Below are positions 25,330 through 36,399 of a stretch of 64,000 nucleotides of DNA, one piece after another. The stretch's first letter is position 1; each line of letters starts with the position of its first letter. The translations under genes were made by a program, and so were the position numbers. Source of the stretch: Malacoraja senta (Eukaryota); contig CM076001.1 of NCBI GenBank assembly GCA_038087875.1, positions 1,736,001 through 1,800,000 of the forward strand. Direction: 5' to 3'. The notes beneath the pieces were generated by a model. The model was not told the origin of the DNA, ran no database searches, and saw only the letters and a list, made by a program, of their open reading frames with translations.

Positions 25330-25980
25330 ACACAAGCTGAGTCCGCGTTCTGGCACTTTAATAACCAGCTGTTGGAGGATAGCCGATTCCAGGAGTCATT
25401 CAGTTGGTTTTGGTTGAAGTGAAGAGAGAGGCGGAGGGGTTTCCATTCCCTTAGGCAGTGGTGGGATGTGGGAAAGGCTTATATCCATCCCTTTTGTCAG
25501 GAGTTCACGTCGGGTTCGACCAGAAGGCGGGGCGCAGAGAATTACTCGACCCAGAGTCTCGCTTGGGTCGGATTGGTGAGGAGAGTTTCATGAGAGGAAG
25601 GAAGCACGGAGGGACCTACAGCTTCAGCGGTCCCGAGATGCTTACGTGACGTCGCGGGTCCAGATGCTGCACGATCTGGACCGTGCATCACCTTTTTTTC
25701 TCTCTGGAGAAAGGGCGGGGATTCCGTAAACAGCTCCTCTGTTAAAGATCCAGAGAAGATCAGTGCTTTAGTTCGGTCATTTTATGGGTCCCTGTTCTCC
25801 GCAGATGGATTCAGAGGGGAGGCTCAGCAAGTCCTGTGGGAGGATCTATTGACGTTAGATAGAGAGGTGTTTGAACTCCTTGACGACCCCTTTTCATTGG
25901 AGGAGTTGACTCTGCAGTGGCAAATCCCCAGCCGGATTGGCTGACGGAAGAGTTTTCTGGTATGTCCTGGGAGGTGACGA
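25330..25980 (+). mobile_element. Tx1/L1-clade non-LTR retrotransposon ORF2 fragment
   Basis: Frame-broken peptides VRSRVQMLHDL.RASPFFFSL, VRSFYGSLFS, PFSLEELT; paralog at ~45600-46290. Confidence 0.6.
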
Positions 25981-26019
25981 CATGAAGGTCCTGGCGAGGG
26001 GGGGAGTGGAGCCTGGCGA

Positions 26020-26262
26020 CCGGGGATCTATGGAGAGAAGGAATATGTGACGTTTCGGTTCGAGACCCTGCTGTAAACTGATGTGGGGTTGGGGGGGACG
26101 GGAAGAAGAAAGGAAGAGACGGAGACAGTGGTCTATGGGTGAACTGGGAAGGGGAGGAGATGGAGGGAGAAAACAAGGACTACCTGAAATTGGAGAAGTC
26201 AATGTTCATACCGCTGGGGTGTAAACTACCCAAGCGAAATACGAGGTGCCGCTTCTCAAATT
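26020..26262 (-). mobile_element. Penelope-like element 3' fragment
   Basis: IFRLGSLHPSGMNIDFSNFR* followed by a purine-rich 3' region and hammerhead-like remnant; paralog at 46300-46570. Confidence 0.65.
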
Positions 26263-26646
26263 CACTATCTTTTGGGCCTCCTCCATGGCCAGAATGAGTT
26301 ACGTAGATTAAGGCACAATAATTAAGCCAGTTTCCCTTGTGGTCCGGATTCGATTTCCGTTAAGGAAAAGGGACATTTTTTTCTCGATTGCTGAACTGAG
26401 CCCCACCTTTTGTATATTGTGCACCGCCACCAGCACATAAATAGTGGGTAGTCCATCAGTCTTTATAGTGGTACGTCTGCTGCTTCGTCGTAAAGTATAC
26501 TGTTACAAATTGGCAACAGTAGATGAATGAGATTTTTAAACAGTTTTAGTCTGTGCGTGTTTGTGTTGTGCTCGTGTGTATGAAAAATGGTGAGAATAAA
26601 AATCGGCGGCTGATGTTTACCTGGCCACTGACGTCTACTCAGACCT

Positions 26647-26853
26647 NNNNNNNNNNNNNNNNNNNNNNNNNNNNNNNNNNNNNNNNNNNNNNNNNNNNNN
26701 NNNNNNNNNNNNNNNNNNNNNNNNNNNNNNNNNNNNNNNNNNNNNNNNNNNNNNNNNNNNNNNNNNNNNNNNNNNNNNNNNNNNNNNNNNNNNNNNNNNN
26801 NNNNNNNNNNNNNNNNNNNNNNNNNNNNNNNNNNNNNNNNNNNNNNNNNNNNN
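26647..26853. other. Assembly gap (207 N)
   Basis: Run of N at the 3' end of the RTE-X-like LINE; same relative position as the gap at 46986-47202. Confidence 1.
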
Positions 26854-27257
26854 ACTTTATTGGCATGATAAAAAATACATTGTTATATTGCCAAAGTATA
26901 AAACATGACATACATATTTAAAATGCATAAGTATAAATACAAATATACAGTGCATGGATAGATATGTCCCTGTACATAAACTCGCAAGAGGCCTAAGCCC
27001 TTTATTGATTGCTACACGTTCTTGCAGCTGTAAGCAGTACAAGAGGATAGCAAATTTAGCAATTCAATATTAATTTCTTAGTGTCAGTTCATGTCAATTA
27101 GGGTGTGCGTACATATGTGCATATTGGTCATTCACCGTCTCTCAGGTTATGGCATGCTGTTACGTATTGTGCACCAAGATGTGCCGTATTTCCTTCACCA
27201 AGGATTATTCTTAGTTTTGATGTATCAACTAGTTCTTTAAAATCAGGGGTTACATAG

Positions 27258-27460
27258 TGTAAAATGACTTGGTTCCTACACAGAGTCTTTTACTGATGGT
27301 TTATTAAATCACGAACACACACCATGCAATAGCTGTCCGTGGTCATCACTGGAGCTAGAGTGAGGGCTGGAGGTGGGAACCTTACAATTATAGGAGAGAC
27401 AATGGGGAGTGGTTAGTAGTGGTGAGGTCACTAAGTTAAAGGAACATGCACTGATCTACA
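27258..27460 (-). mobile_element. Putative solo LTR (203 bp) inserted in the tail of the young CR1
   Basis: TGTA...TACA termini, AATAAA on the minus strand, CATAG on both flanks (which could also be CR1 tail repeats). Confidence 0.6.
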
Positions 27461-28613
27461 CATAGATACATAGATACATAGAAAATAGGTGCAGGAGTAG
27501 GCCATTCGGCCCATTCGAGCCTGCACCGCCATTCAATATGATCATGGCTGATCATCCAACTCAGTATCCCGTACCTGCCTTCTCTCCATACCCTCTGATC
27601 CCTTTAGCCACAAGGGCCACATCTAACTCCCTCTTAAATATAGCCAATGAACTGGCCTCAACTACCGTCTGTGGCAGAGAGTTCCAGAGATTCACCACTC
27701 TCTGTGTGAAAAAGTCTTTCCTCATGTCGGTCTTAAAGGATTTCCCCCTTATCCTTAAGCTGTGACCCCTTGTCCTGGACTTCCCCAACATCGGGAACAA
27801 TCTTCCTGCATCTAGCCTGTCCAACCCCATAAGAATTTTGTACGTTTCTATAAGATCCCCTCTCAATCTCCTAAATTCTAGCGAGTATAAGCCAAGTCTA
27901 TCCAGTCTTTCTTCATATGAAAGTCCTGACATCCCAGGAATCAGTCTGGTGAACCTTCTCTGCACTCCCTCTATGGCTATAATGTCCTTCCTCAGATTTG
28001 GAGACCAAAACTGTACGCAATACTCCAGGTGTGGTCTCACCAAGACCCTGTACAACTGCAGTAGAACCTCCCTGCTCCTACACTCAAATCCTCTTGCTAT
28101 GAAGGCCAACATACCATTCGCTTTCTTCACTGCCTGCTGCACCTGCATGCCTACTTTCAACGACTGGTGTACCATGACACCCAGGTCTCGCTGCATCTCC
28201 TCATTTCCTAATCGGCCACCATTTAGATAATAGTCTGCCTTCCCGTTTTTGCCACCAAAGTGGATAACCTCACATTTATCCACATTATACTGCATATGCC
28301 AAACATTTGCCCACTCACCCAGCCTATCCAAGTGACCTTGCAGTCTCCTAGCATCCTCCTCACAGCTAACACTGCCCCCCAGCTTAGTGTCATCCGCAAA
28401 CTTGGAGATGTTGCTTTCAATTCCCTCGTCCAGATCATTAATATAAATTGTAAATAGCTGGGGTCCCAGCACTGAGCCTTGCGGTACCCCACTAGTCACT
28501 GCCTGCTATTGTGAAAAGGACCCGTTTACTCCTGCTCTTTGCTTCCTGTTTGCCAGCCAGTTCTCTATCCACATCAATACTGAACCCCCAATACTGTGTG
28601 ATTTAAGTTTGTA
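27461..28613 (-). mobile_element. Young 5'-truncated CR1 LINE
   Basis: Uninterrupted 312-aa RT C-terminal ORF (27561-28499), 3' UTR and acatag tail; GGGTT duplicated at 27247-27251 and 28614-28618; empty site in the paralog at ~47594. Confidence 0.92.
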
Positions 28614-30895
28614 GGGTTGCCTGACTGAGTTTGTCAAAGTATGTTTTCCTTGTTTTGTCAAATTTTTTGCATTTTAGTAGGAAGTTCACCTCTGTTTTAA
28701 CCTCATCTGTCAAACAGTGGCTACATATTCTGTTTTCTCTTGGTTGCCAGAATCTGTTCTGTCTTCCTTTTTCAACTGCCAAATAGTGGTCACAGCCTGT
28801 ATTTGGTGAGGGTCTGTCTCTGTTTTATTTCTCTAACAGTTGAGAGATATTCTGCCAATTTATAATCTCTTTTAGGGCACGGATTCTAATCTGCTTTGGC
28901 TTTTGGTTTCTTTATCCCAATGTTCCAAATACGTTTCTTTACATTGTTTGATAATTTGGTTCACTCTAACTGGTGATTGGGGATCAGTATTGATCTGAGG
29001 CTGGTCAGGATTTAACAGGATAGTGTTTAACTGGATGGGGGTAGTTAGTCTCAGTACCAACTGACACAGGGAACTCTTTTCTGGGCTCCCCTCTTGTGTT
29101 TTAAGGGCTTTAAACTGGAGGGTATCTGGTGGGCTAGATTTAAGGTGATTCCAATAATTTTGTGCTCTTTTCTGGATATTTATTATCAGTGGGTATCTGC
29201 CTAATTCCGCCCTACATACGTTTGTTGGTGTTTTCCTTTGGATGCGGAGGATGTTCCGACAAACTTCCGCATGCAGGGCCTCCGTTGTATGTTTTTCCCA
29301 TTTATAATAACTATGGTGACTCAGCGGCCCCATACTTCACTACCATAAAGCGCAATAGGCTGCATTACACTGTCAAATATTTTAAGCCAGATTTCATTTG
29401 GAATTTGGAGGTTGTAGAATCTTCTTTTTATTGCATACAGAGCTCTTCGACCTTTCTATTTTAGTGCATTCACTGCCATATTGAAGCTCCCTGATGCTGC
29501 AACAGTTGGACCAAGGTAGGTATAGCTCATAGTGTCTTCGATAATAATACCATTGAGAGTAAATTTGTATTTATCTTACTGACATCTGGGTCTTTTCTGA
29601 AAAATCATGTTGTTGGTTTTCTTTAGATTTACTGCTAGGGCCCAATTTTGGCAGTACTCATCATGTAGGTCCATCTGTTGCTGCAGTCCCTGTTCTGTGG
29701 GGGACAGCAGAACCAAGTCATCCGCATAAAACAGGGATTTTACCTCTCCGTCCAGAAGACAGAGGCCCGGCGCAGTGCTCTGGTCCAGCTTTACTGCCAA
29801 ATCGTTGATACATACATTAAACAGTGTCGGGCTCAGATTGCAGCCTTGCCGGACGCCTCTTCTCTGGGCGAAGAGATCAGTGCGTTTGTCCCCAATTTTA
29901 ACGCCACATTTATTATTCAGATACATTGATTTGAGAAGGTCATATACCTTTCCTCCTATACCACAACAGAGGAGTTTGTAATAGAGCCCTTCATGCCAAA
30001 TAGAGCCAAATGCTTTCTCAAAGTCAATAAAACAGGCAAATATGTTTCCATTTTTTTGCTTGGTGTACATGTTTTTCAATGAGAGTGTGGAGGGTGTAAA
30101 TGTGGTCAGTGGTACGGTGTTTTGGGAGGAAGCCAATTTGGTTTTTACTGAGAATGTTGTATTTGTTTGGGTCTAGTTTGTTTCCACTCTTATAAATGGG
30201 TGAAATAAGCCCTTGGCACCAAATATCAGGGAAATAACCTGAACGTATTATGACGTTGAACAGCCAAAGCAATATATCCTGCATCTCCGGAGTGCTGTAC
30301 TTGAGCATTTCATGCTTAATGCTATCTGGACCACAGGCTTTCTTTGAGTGAAGAGATTTGATTTTTAAGGTCAGTTCTTCCAAAGTAATTCGGAAATCAA
30401 GAGGGTTTTGATAATCTTTAATTACTATTTCTAGTGTGTGGAGTTTTTCTTTGATATGAGAATGATTTGAGTTTATTTTATTCATTGGGATGTCTTTATA
30501 TAGATTTTTGAAATGTGCTCTCCAGATATCACCGTCTTGAATTGGTAATGTTTGTAGTTTTGTTGTGCTGAGGTTATTCCACATATCCCAAAATTGGTTT
30601 TGATTTATGGAATTTTCAATTTCTTCAAGTCTTTTGTGAGTGTGATTTTGTCTTTTGTTCCTAATCGTGAGTTTATTAAGATTTCTCTCTCTCTGTCTCT
30701 CTCTCTCTCCCTCTCGTTTCCCTCTCTCTCTTCCCAGACTAATTGTGTTTCTGTAAGTTTGAACATAATATATCTTTGTAATCTGACTCTTTCTTTCCTT
30801 CCCTCGCAACGTGTAATCAATCCATACTACACTGATTTTCTCGGATGCGCCCCAGATGTTCTGCAGTGCTGTGTGCCTGTTTTCCGCCACGCTGA

Positions 30896-30934
30896 GGTTT
30901 TGGTATAGCTATCTCACTGCGCTGTGTCATTGTG
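30896..30934 (-). other. 23-spacer RSS of supporting V-delta 2
   Basis: CACAATG, 23 nt, ACCAAAACC. Confidence 0.88.
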
Positions 30935-31240
30935 CGATGCGCGGACTCATCCCACAGTAATACACAGCCTCGTCGATCGGCAGTACTTCAGATACCGTTA
31001 ACCGACTGATTTTCTGGCCAGGATCGAGAGAACCAGAAATACGACCTTCGGCAGCCTCTTCCTTATCTTGCTTTCCTGAAGTGTGTCTTTGGAGCAGGAA
31101 TTCCAGAGCCTGCCCTGGGAACTGTCGGTACCAGTGTACTGTGTACGAACAGAATCCGGAATATACGCAGTTAAGAGAGACAGTGTCACCAGAAAGAGAG
31201 GATTGTTGTGACAAACTCTGGGAACCCGCGGAAATGGAAT
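30935..31240 (-). CDS. Supporting TCR-delta V exon, copy 2
   Basis: 306-nt open V exon after ttattttctgcag, phase 1; SGFCSY CDR1 Cys; close paralog of 5498-5803; no leader exon recognised. Confidence 0.88.
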
Positions 31241-31414
31241 CTGCAGAAAATAACAGGGGAATTGTTATTGTTTTAACATTGACTGTTGGAGACTGTGACA
31301 TGCACAGAAACAGGTTACCATCTCCGGTAGTTCACATTTTTGCAAAATGTAAGGAAACGTTATTTATGAACCTTGTAATTGTTCCTGCGACGAGTGGACT
31401 TTTAATTTCGTTTA

Positions 31415-31783
31415 GGTTAGTATACTTTAGTTTAGTTTAGTTTGGTTTACTTTAGTTCAGTTTAGTTCAGTTTAGTTTAGTTTGGGGACACAGCGCGGAA
31501 ACGGGCCCTTCGGCCCACCAATTCCGCGCCGCCCTGCAATCCCCGCACATTAACACTATCCGAAACATACGATGGATAATATACATTTATAGAAAGCCAA
31601 TTACCCTTCAAAACTACCCGTATTTGGAGTGTGGGCAGAAACCCTAGATCTCGGAGAAAACCCACGCAGATTATGGGGAGAAGATACAAACTCCGTACAG
31701 TCAACAGCCGGAGTCGGGATCGAACTCGGGTATCTGGTGCTAACAGCGCTGTTGGGCAGCAGCTCCACCGTTGCGCCACCGTG
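31415..31783 (-). mobile_element. tRNA-derived SINE (HE1-like) with (TTTAG)n tail
   Basis: tRNA-like head cacggtggcgcaacgg...gagttcgatccc; paralog at 49454-49822; only a stub remains at 6181-6280. Confidence 0.65.
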
Positions 31784-32203
31784 GTGAAAATCACTGACGA
31801 ATATCCGCGAGGTCAAACTCTGATTATGAAAGGGAAATTGGAAATATCCCACGCTGTGGGAACAGTCAAAGCGAGCACGGAATAATAATGGAGCTGATTC
31901 AGAGAGTAGGGATCCGGTGTGTGAGCCAAATTACCTTACTCGGATCTGTAACATTTTGTAATTGGTTCTTAGCGATATAACAATAGAACTAGTCATTCTC
32001 CCCACAGCTTGACTGAAGTGTATCCCTTCCTGGATATGGTTGTGTCAACAGTGATGGGTTGGCATTTAAGGCATAATGTAACAAGGTCATGTGATAGGAG
32101 TATAATTAGGCCATTCGATCCATCAAGCTTACTCAATGATAGCTAAACTATCTTACCTTCAGAACCCCATTCTCCTGCCTTCTCCACAATAACAATAACC
32201 TCT

Positions 32204-32540
32204 AATAATAATAATAATGGATTGGATTTATATAGCGCCTTTCTAATACTCAAGGCGCTTTACATCGCATTATTCATTCACTCCACAGTCACACTCGGTG
32301 GTGGTGAGCTATTTCTGTAGCCACAGCTGCCCAGGGGCAGACTGACGGAAGCGTGGCTGCTAATCTGCGCCTACGGCCCCTCCGACCACCACCAATCACT
32401 CACACACATTCACACGCAGGCAAAGGTGGGTGAAGTGTCTTGCCCAAGGACACAACGACAGTATGCACTCCAAGCGGGATTCGAACCGGCTACCTTCCGG
32501 TTGCCAGCCGAACACTTAGCCCATTGCGCCATCTGTCGTC
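32204..32540 (-). mobile_element. SINE with L2-type 3' tail
   Basis: tRNA B-box-like ggttcgaatccc, gtgtccttgggcaagacac core, aggcgctatataaat tail plus (AAT)n; CCTCT on both flanks; paralog at ~50245-50581. Confidence 0.6.
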
Positions 32541-34827
32541 CCTCTGACGCCTCTACTAATCAAAAATCTATCTATCGCTGCCTTATTTTCCCCCTGACAT
32601 GGCCTCCAAAGCCTTCTGCGTTTGACAACTGGAAGGTCATCTTTTAAGTGCAATTTACACAACCCGGGATAAATGATTTGCCCTCTATGTATTAAGAGTT
32701 GTTTTTTCTTCACTAGGCCACGTCCTTCTACGTTTTCCTTTCATTTAATTCAAGAACAGTTTTAATTTTCGATCTTGGTCGCCCGCTTTTTGCTGCTTGC
32801 GGTTCATATTTTCCCCTCCCGAGAACCGTTTCAACAGGTCTGCCAGCTGTCGTTTGATTTCAGTTTGTGGAATGTTTACAGAGGGTCCAGCTTCACTCGC
32901 AGCCCATCTACTCTCCTGCCAACCTCCCTCTGTTACCAGGAAATAAGAAAGAGGTTTTTCCCAGGCTCTCACACGCAGCGGGCGTGGATCAAGCCCATAA
33001 ATTCTATGGGACAAATTCCTAAGCCAGTTGTAATGATAAGGCGGTTAGCATGATTTCAATAATTGGTAAGGTTTTAGAGTCCATTAGTAAAAATGAGGTT
33101 CCAGATACCTTGAAGCACATGATAAAATCGGCGAAGTCAGCAAGGGGGGGCCTTGCCTGTCAAATTTGTTGACATTCTTTGTGAACGTAACAAGCAGGAT
33201 GGGCAAAGGGAAGTCAGAAATGCTTCTTACTTAAAATTTCTGATGCATATTAAACGGTGCAGGACGCGAAGCGGCTAATTAAGATAGGAGTATTGGTGAT
33301 AGAGATAAGGTATCAGTGTGGATAGAGGACAGGCTGATCGTTTCAGGTCCAAATGTTGGAATAAAGGTGATCTTTTCCGCTTGCTGCCTTTGACTAATGG
33401 ATCAATGTTGGGTCCACTACTTTTCCCGTTCTATGTTTACGATCTGGATGATGGAATTGATGGCTTTGCGGCTGATATCGCGGACGATGCCAAAAACAGG
33501 TGAATGGGGCAGGGAGTGTTGAGTAAGCATGGAGTCTGCAGAGTTACTTGAACAGGTTGGAAGAAGGGGCAAATAAGTGGAAGATGGAATACTACACAGC
33601 ACATTATACAGGCATGCACTTTGGCGGAAGGAGTAACGATGTCGACTAATTTCTAAATGGCGAGTGGATTCAGAAATTAACTTGCAAAGGGACTTGGGAA
33701 TGCTAGTGCGGGACTTCCAAACCGTGAATTTGCAGAGTGAATCGGTGATGAGGGAGACAATTTTAATTTTAGTATTTATTTCGAGATGATTAGAATATAA
33801 AAACAGGGATATAATGTAGTTGTTTTTAAGACACTGAGGGACTTTAGATTGATGCAGGGGTGGGGGTCATAGAAACTTTCCGGATATTGAAAGGCCTAGA
33901 CAGAGTGGATGAGGAAAGTGCTGAAAACTCCAATGAGCCAATTAAAATGCCCGGTCAGCGAAGGAGATTGCCTACGGCTGCCCTCGACTGCTGAAACTAA
34001 ATAGCGACCCCACTCCACAGCGAGCACAAAAGAACCATGCCGACCATTTTTTACTCGCGTAGCATTTACCCCTCAAATCCTATTAAATGTTCCCCTTCAG
34101 GTTAAACATAAATCCTCCGATCCTCGACTCACCTACTCTGCACAAGAGACTCTGCGTATCTACCCGATCTTTTCTTCCCATGATTTTATACACCGCCGTA
34201 CGATCAGCCCAATCCTCTCATAATATATCATACAAAAACCAACGCAATAATTTAACGGCCACAATCCTAGAACCAAAAAAAACCCCACCCCAAATCCTTT
34301 GTATAACGAGAGACAATTATGAAAGGTTTATGAACACAAAGTGCTGCAGTAACTTGTGGAGCAAGAGGGTGAGCAATTCGCATAGTGCTTTGCAGCCAAC
34401 AGAGTGGTGACCGGTTGCAAGCCGGCGGTTTGGAGGTAGGAATAACTCCGCGGGTCAGGCAGCAATTCCGGAGAACCTTGATTGCCGACATTTGGTTTCT
34501 AGACTTCAGAATCCGATTTCAGCGTCCGTAGTTCCTTGTGTCTGCATAGAATTTCATAGCTGTGTTTAGCGCTGTGTGGTGTTCCTGACGCTCATTGTTT
34601 TGGGGAAGTAGCTATTCTTGAACCTAAATAACTATGTGCTCCCGGGGAGCCCTACATATCCTCTCATTGAACTCACGCGTACCGCAACATCTGGACCAAG
34701 TTGCTGGAACCCTTTATAAATATAATCTGTTTCAATCGGAAAGCAATTGATGCCTCATGAACCAATATTAAACGAAACTGAATATTTCCAAGAACATCCG
34801 TGGATGAGAGAGGTTTAGGGCACTTAC

Positions 34828-35381
34828 CGGGTTTAACAGTCACCGTCGTCCCCGTCCCATACTGATGGTAAGTCTTCCAGGCATCCCACTGCCTCCTCCA
34901 CTTGTACTCAGCTTTACAGTAATATGTGGCCATGTCCTCAACTCTCAAACGAATAATTTTCAACGTAAATGTCTTTTTCTCTTTATTTGTCGACACAACA
35001 AACCTTTCGGCTTTTGTGATCCGCTGCCATTCTGCACCGGGCTGTGAATGCTTGAAGAAATTTCCAGCCTGAAATTTGTAATCACCCCAGGAACTAACTT
35101 GGAAAAGGCAGGTGATGGTGACGGGCTGACACACGTTTCCGGTCACCGCATTCGGGCTCTGGGCCACTGACTGACTGAAGGGGTCTGTTGATTAAACACA
35201 GGGAGAGGTGAGTGGGAATTCGAGGCAAACCACGGAGGAAGGATAAATCGCGGACAGTGTTTGAAATGCAGGTCGGAGTGGACTCGAGTTGTTTTATGAT
35301 AAACCCGCACTGTGTGGGAATAGGGGACCGATACTCACGGCGTAAGCAGAGTGACAGCACAAAAAACAGGAGGATTCCCAT
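34828..35381 (-). CDS. Cassette B: NAR-TCR V gene with fully pre-joined V-D-J exon (leader 35339-35381, joined exon 34828-35184)
   Basis: 357-nt phase-1/phase-1 open exon ...YYCKAEYKW-RRQW-DAWKTYHQYGTGTTVTVKP, donor G|GTAAGT; no RSS; 154-bp leader intron retained; upstream motif intact. Confidence 0.92.
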
Positions 35382-36399
35382 CGCGCCTTCTCCGGGAATA
35401 TATGGTTTACGTGACGAGATGCTGGAGCGCAGGTCCCCCGACAGCTCCTGCTGCCTATCCCGGAGAACTGAGCGGCAACCTCAGCTGGTCTGTTCGTTTA
35501 GATGAGGGTGCTGTCCTGTTTTTTTTTGAAAAAATCCCAATCGATGTGCGAGGAGTGGAAGAGTTCGAGAAGGGGATCGTTAAACCTGCTGATTTGTTTG
35601 GTAACCCGGAATAAGATGTGCAACATCTGATGTGGTTCTGACGTTTCTCTGACGTTCAGTCGACCATCTGAACCATTCAGGCAGCTGAATAATGAGGGTA
35701 GTCGATAGGGTGTACGCACAGTCCCCTCGGCCATTGGGCAGAAGAGATAGAAGTGTGTAAACGCACACCTCCACATACTGGGACAGATCCTTCCCAGCGG
35801 TATCAGGCAACTGAACCATCCTAGCATAACTAGAGAGCAGTCCTGCAACACTATCCACGTCGTCGCTGACCATCGGACTATCCTTATCGGACTTTGCTGG
35901 CTTTATCTTGCACTATACTTTATTCCCTTATCACGTATCTGTACACTGTGAATGGCTCGATTGTTACCATGTATTGTCTCTCCGCTGACTGGTTAGTATG
36001 CAACACACGTTTCTCTCTGTACCTTGTTATACGTGACAATAAACTAAACTTAACCGATGGCGGAGGTGTTTTATCAGCTGAAGCTGTCGCTCCCCTGTGC
36101 AACTCCGCAATAATGCAGGAAGGCCAGTGCAAGGTCTGTTTGTTTGTTTGATTGAAGAGAGGCTGCACGGCCAAAGGTAGCGGGAATTGCTGCACCGCGG
36201 CTTATATGATCGACGACAGTCGGTCTGGGTACCTGGATCCCTCCGAATGTCATCGAGCCGGTGAAAGGGAACGCACAGATTCAAATTAATGCATTCACCT
36301 GCAGGGATGAGGAAACATAGAAACATAGAAAATAGGTGTAGGAGTAAGCCAATCTACCTTCGATCCAGCTCCGCGGTTCAATAAGACCAAGGCAGGTCT

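Larger units (their letters stand above)
26854..30690 (-). mobile_element. Frameshifted non-LTR retrotransposon (RTE-X/L2-like), interrupted at 27252-28613
   Basis: RT motifs FIDFEKAF.SIWH, GVRQGCNLSPTLF, YADDLVLL and downstream CRAELGRYPL; catgccaataaag 3' end. The clade call is from recalled similarity. Confidence 0.75.

Noticed and set aside
26647-26853. Gaps at the same relative position in two units as a hidden conserved feature
   Set aside because: Both abut the 3' end of the same LINE and most simply hide its simple-repeat tail; the content cannot be seen.
31421-31480. Short tandem arrays ((TTTAG)n here, plus acatag and AAGTTC repeats elsewhere) as CRISPR-like or novel repeats
   Set aside because: They are SINE/LINE 3' tails without unique spacers, in a vertebrate genome.
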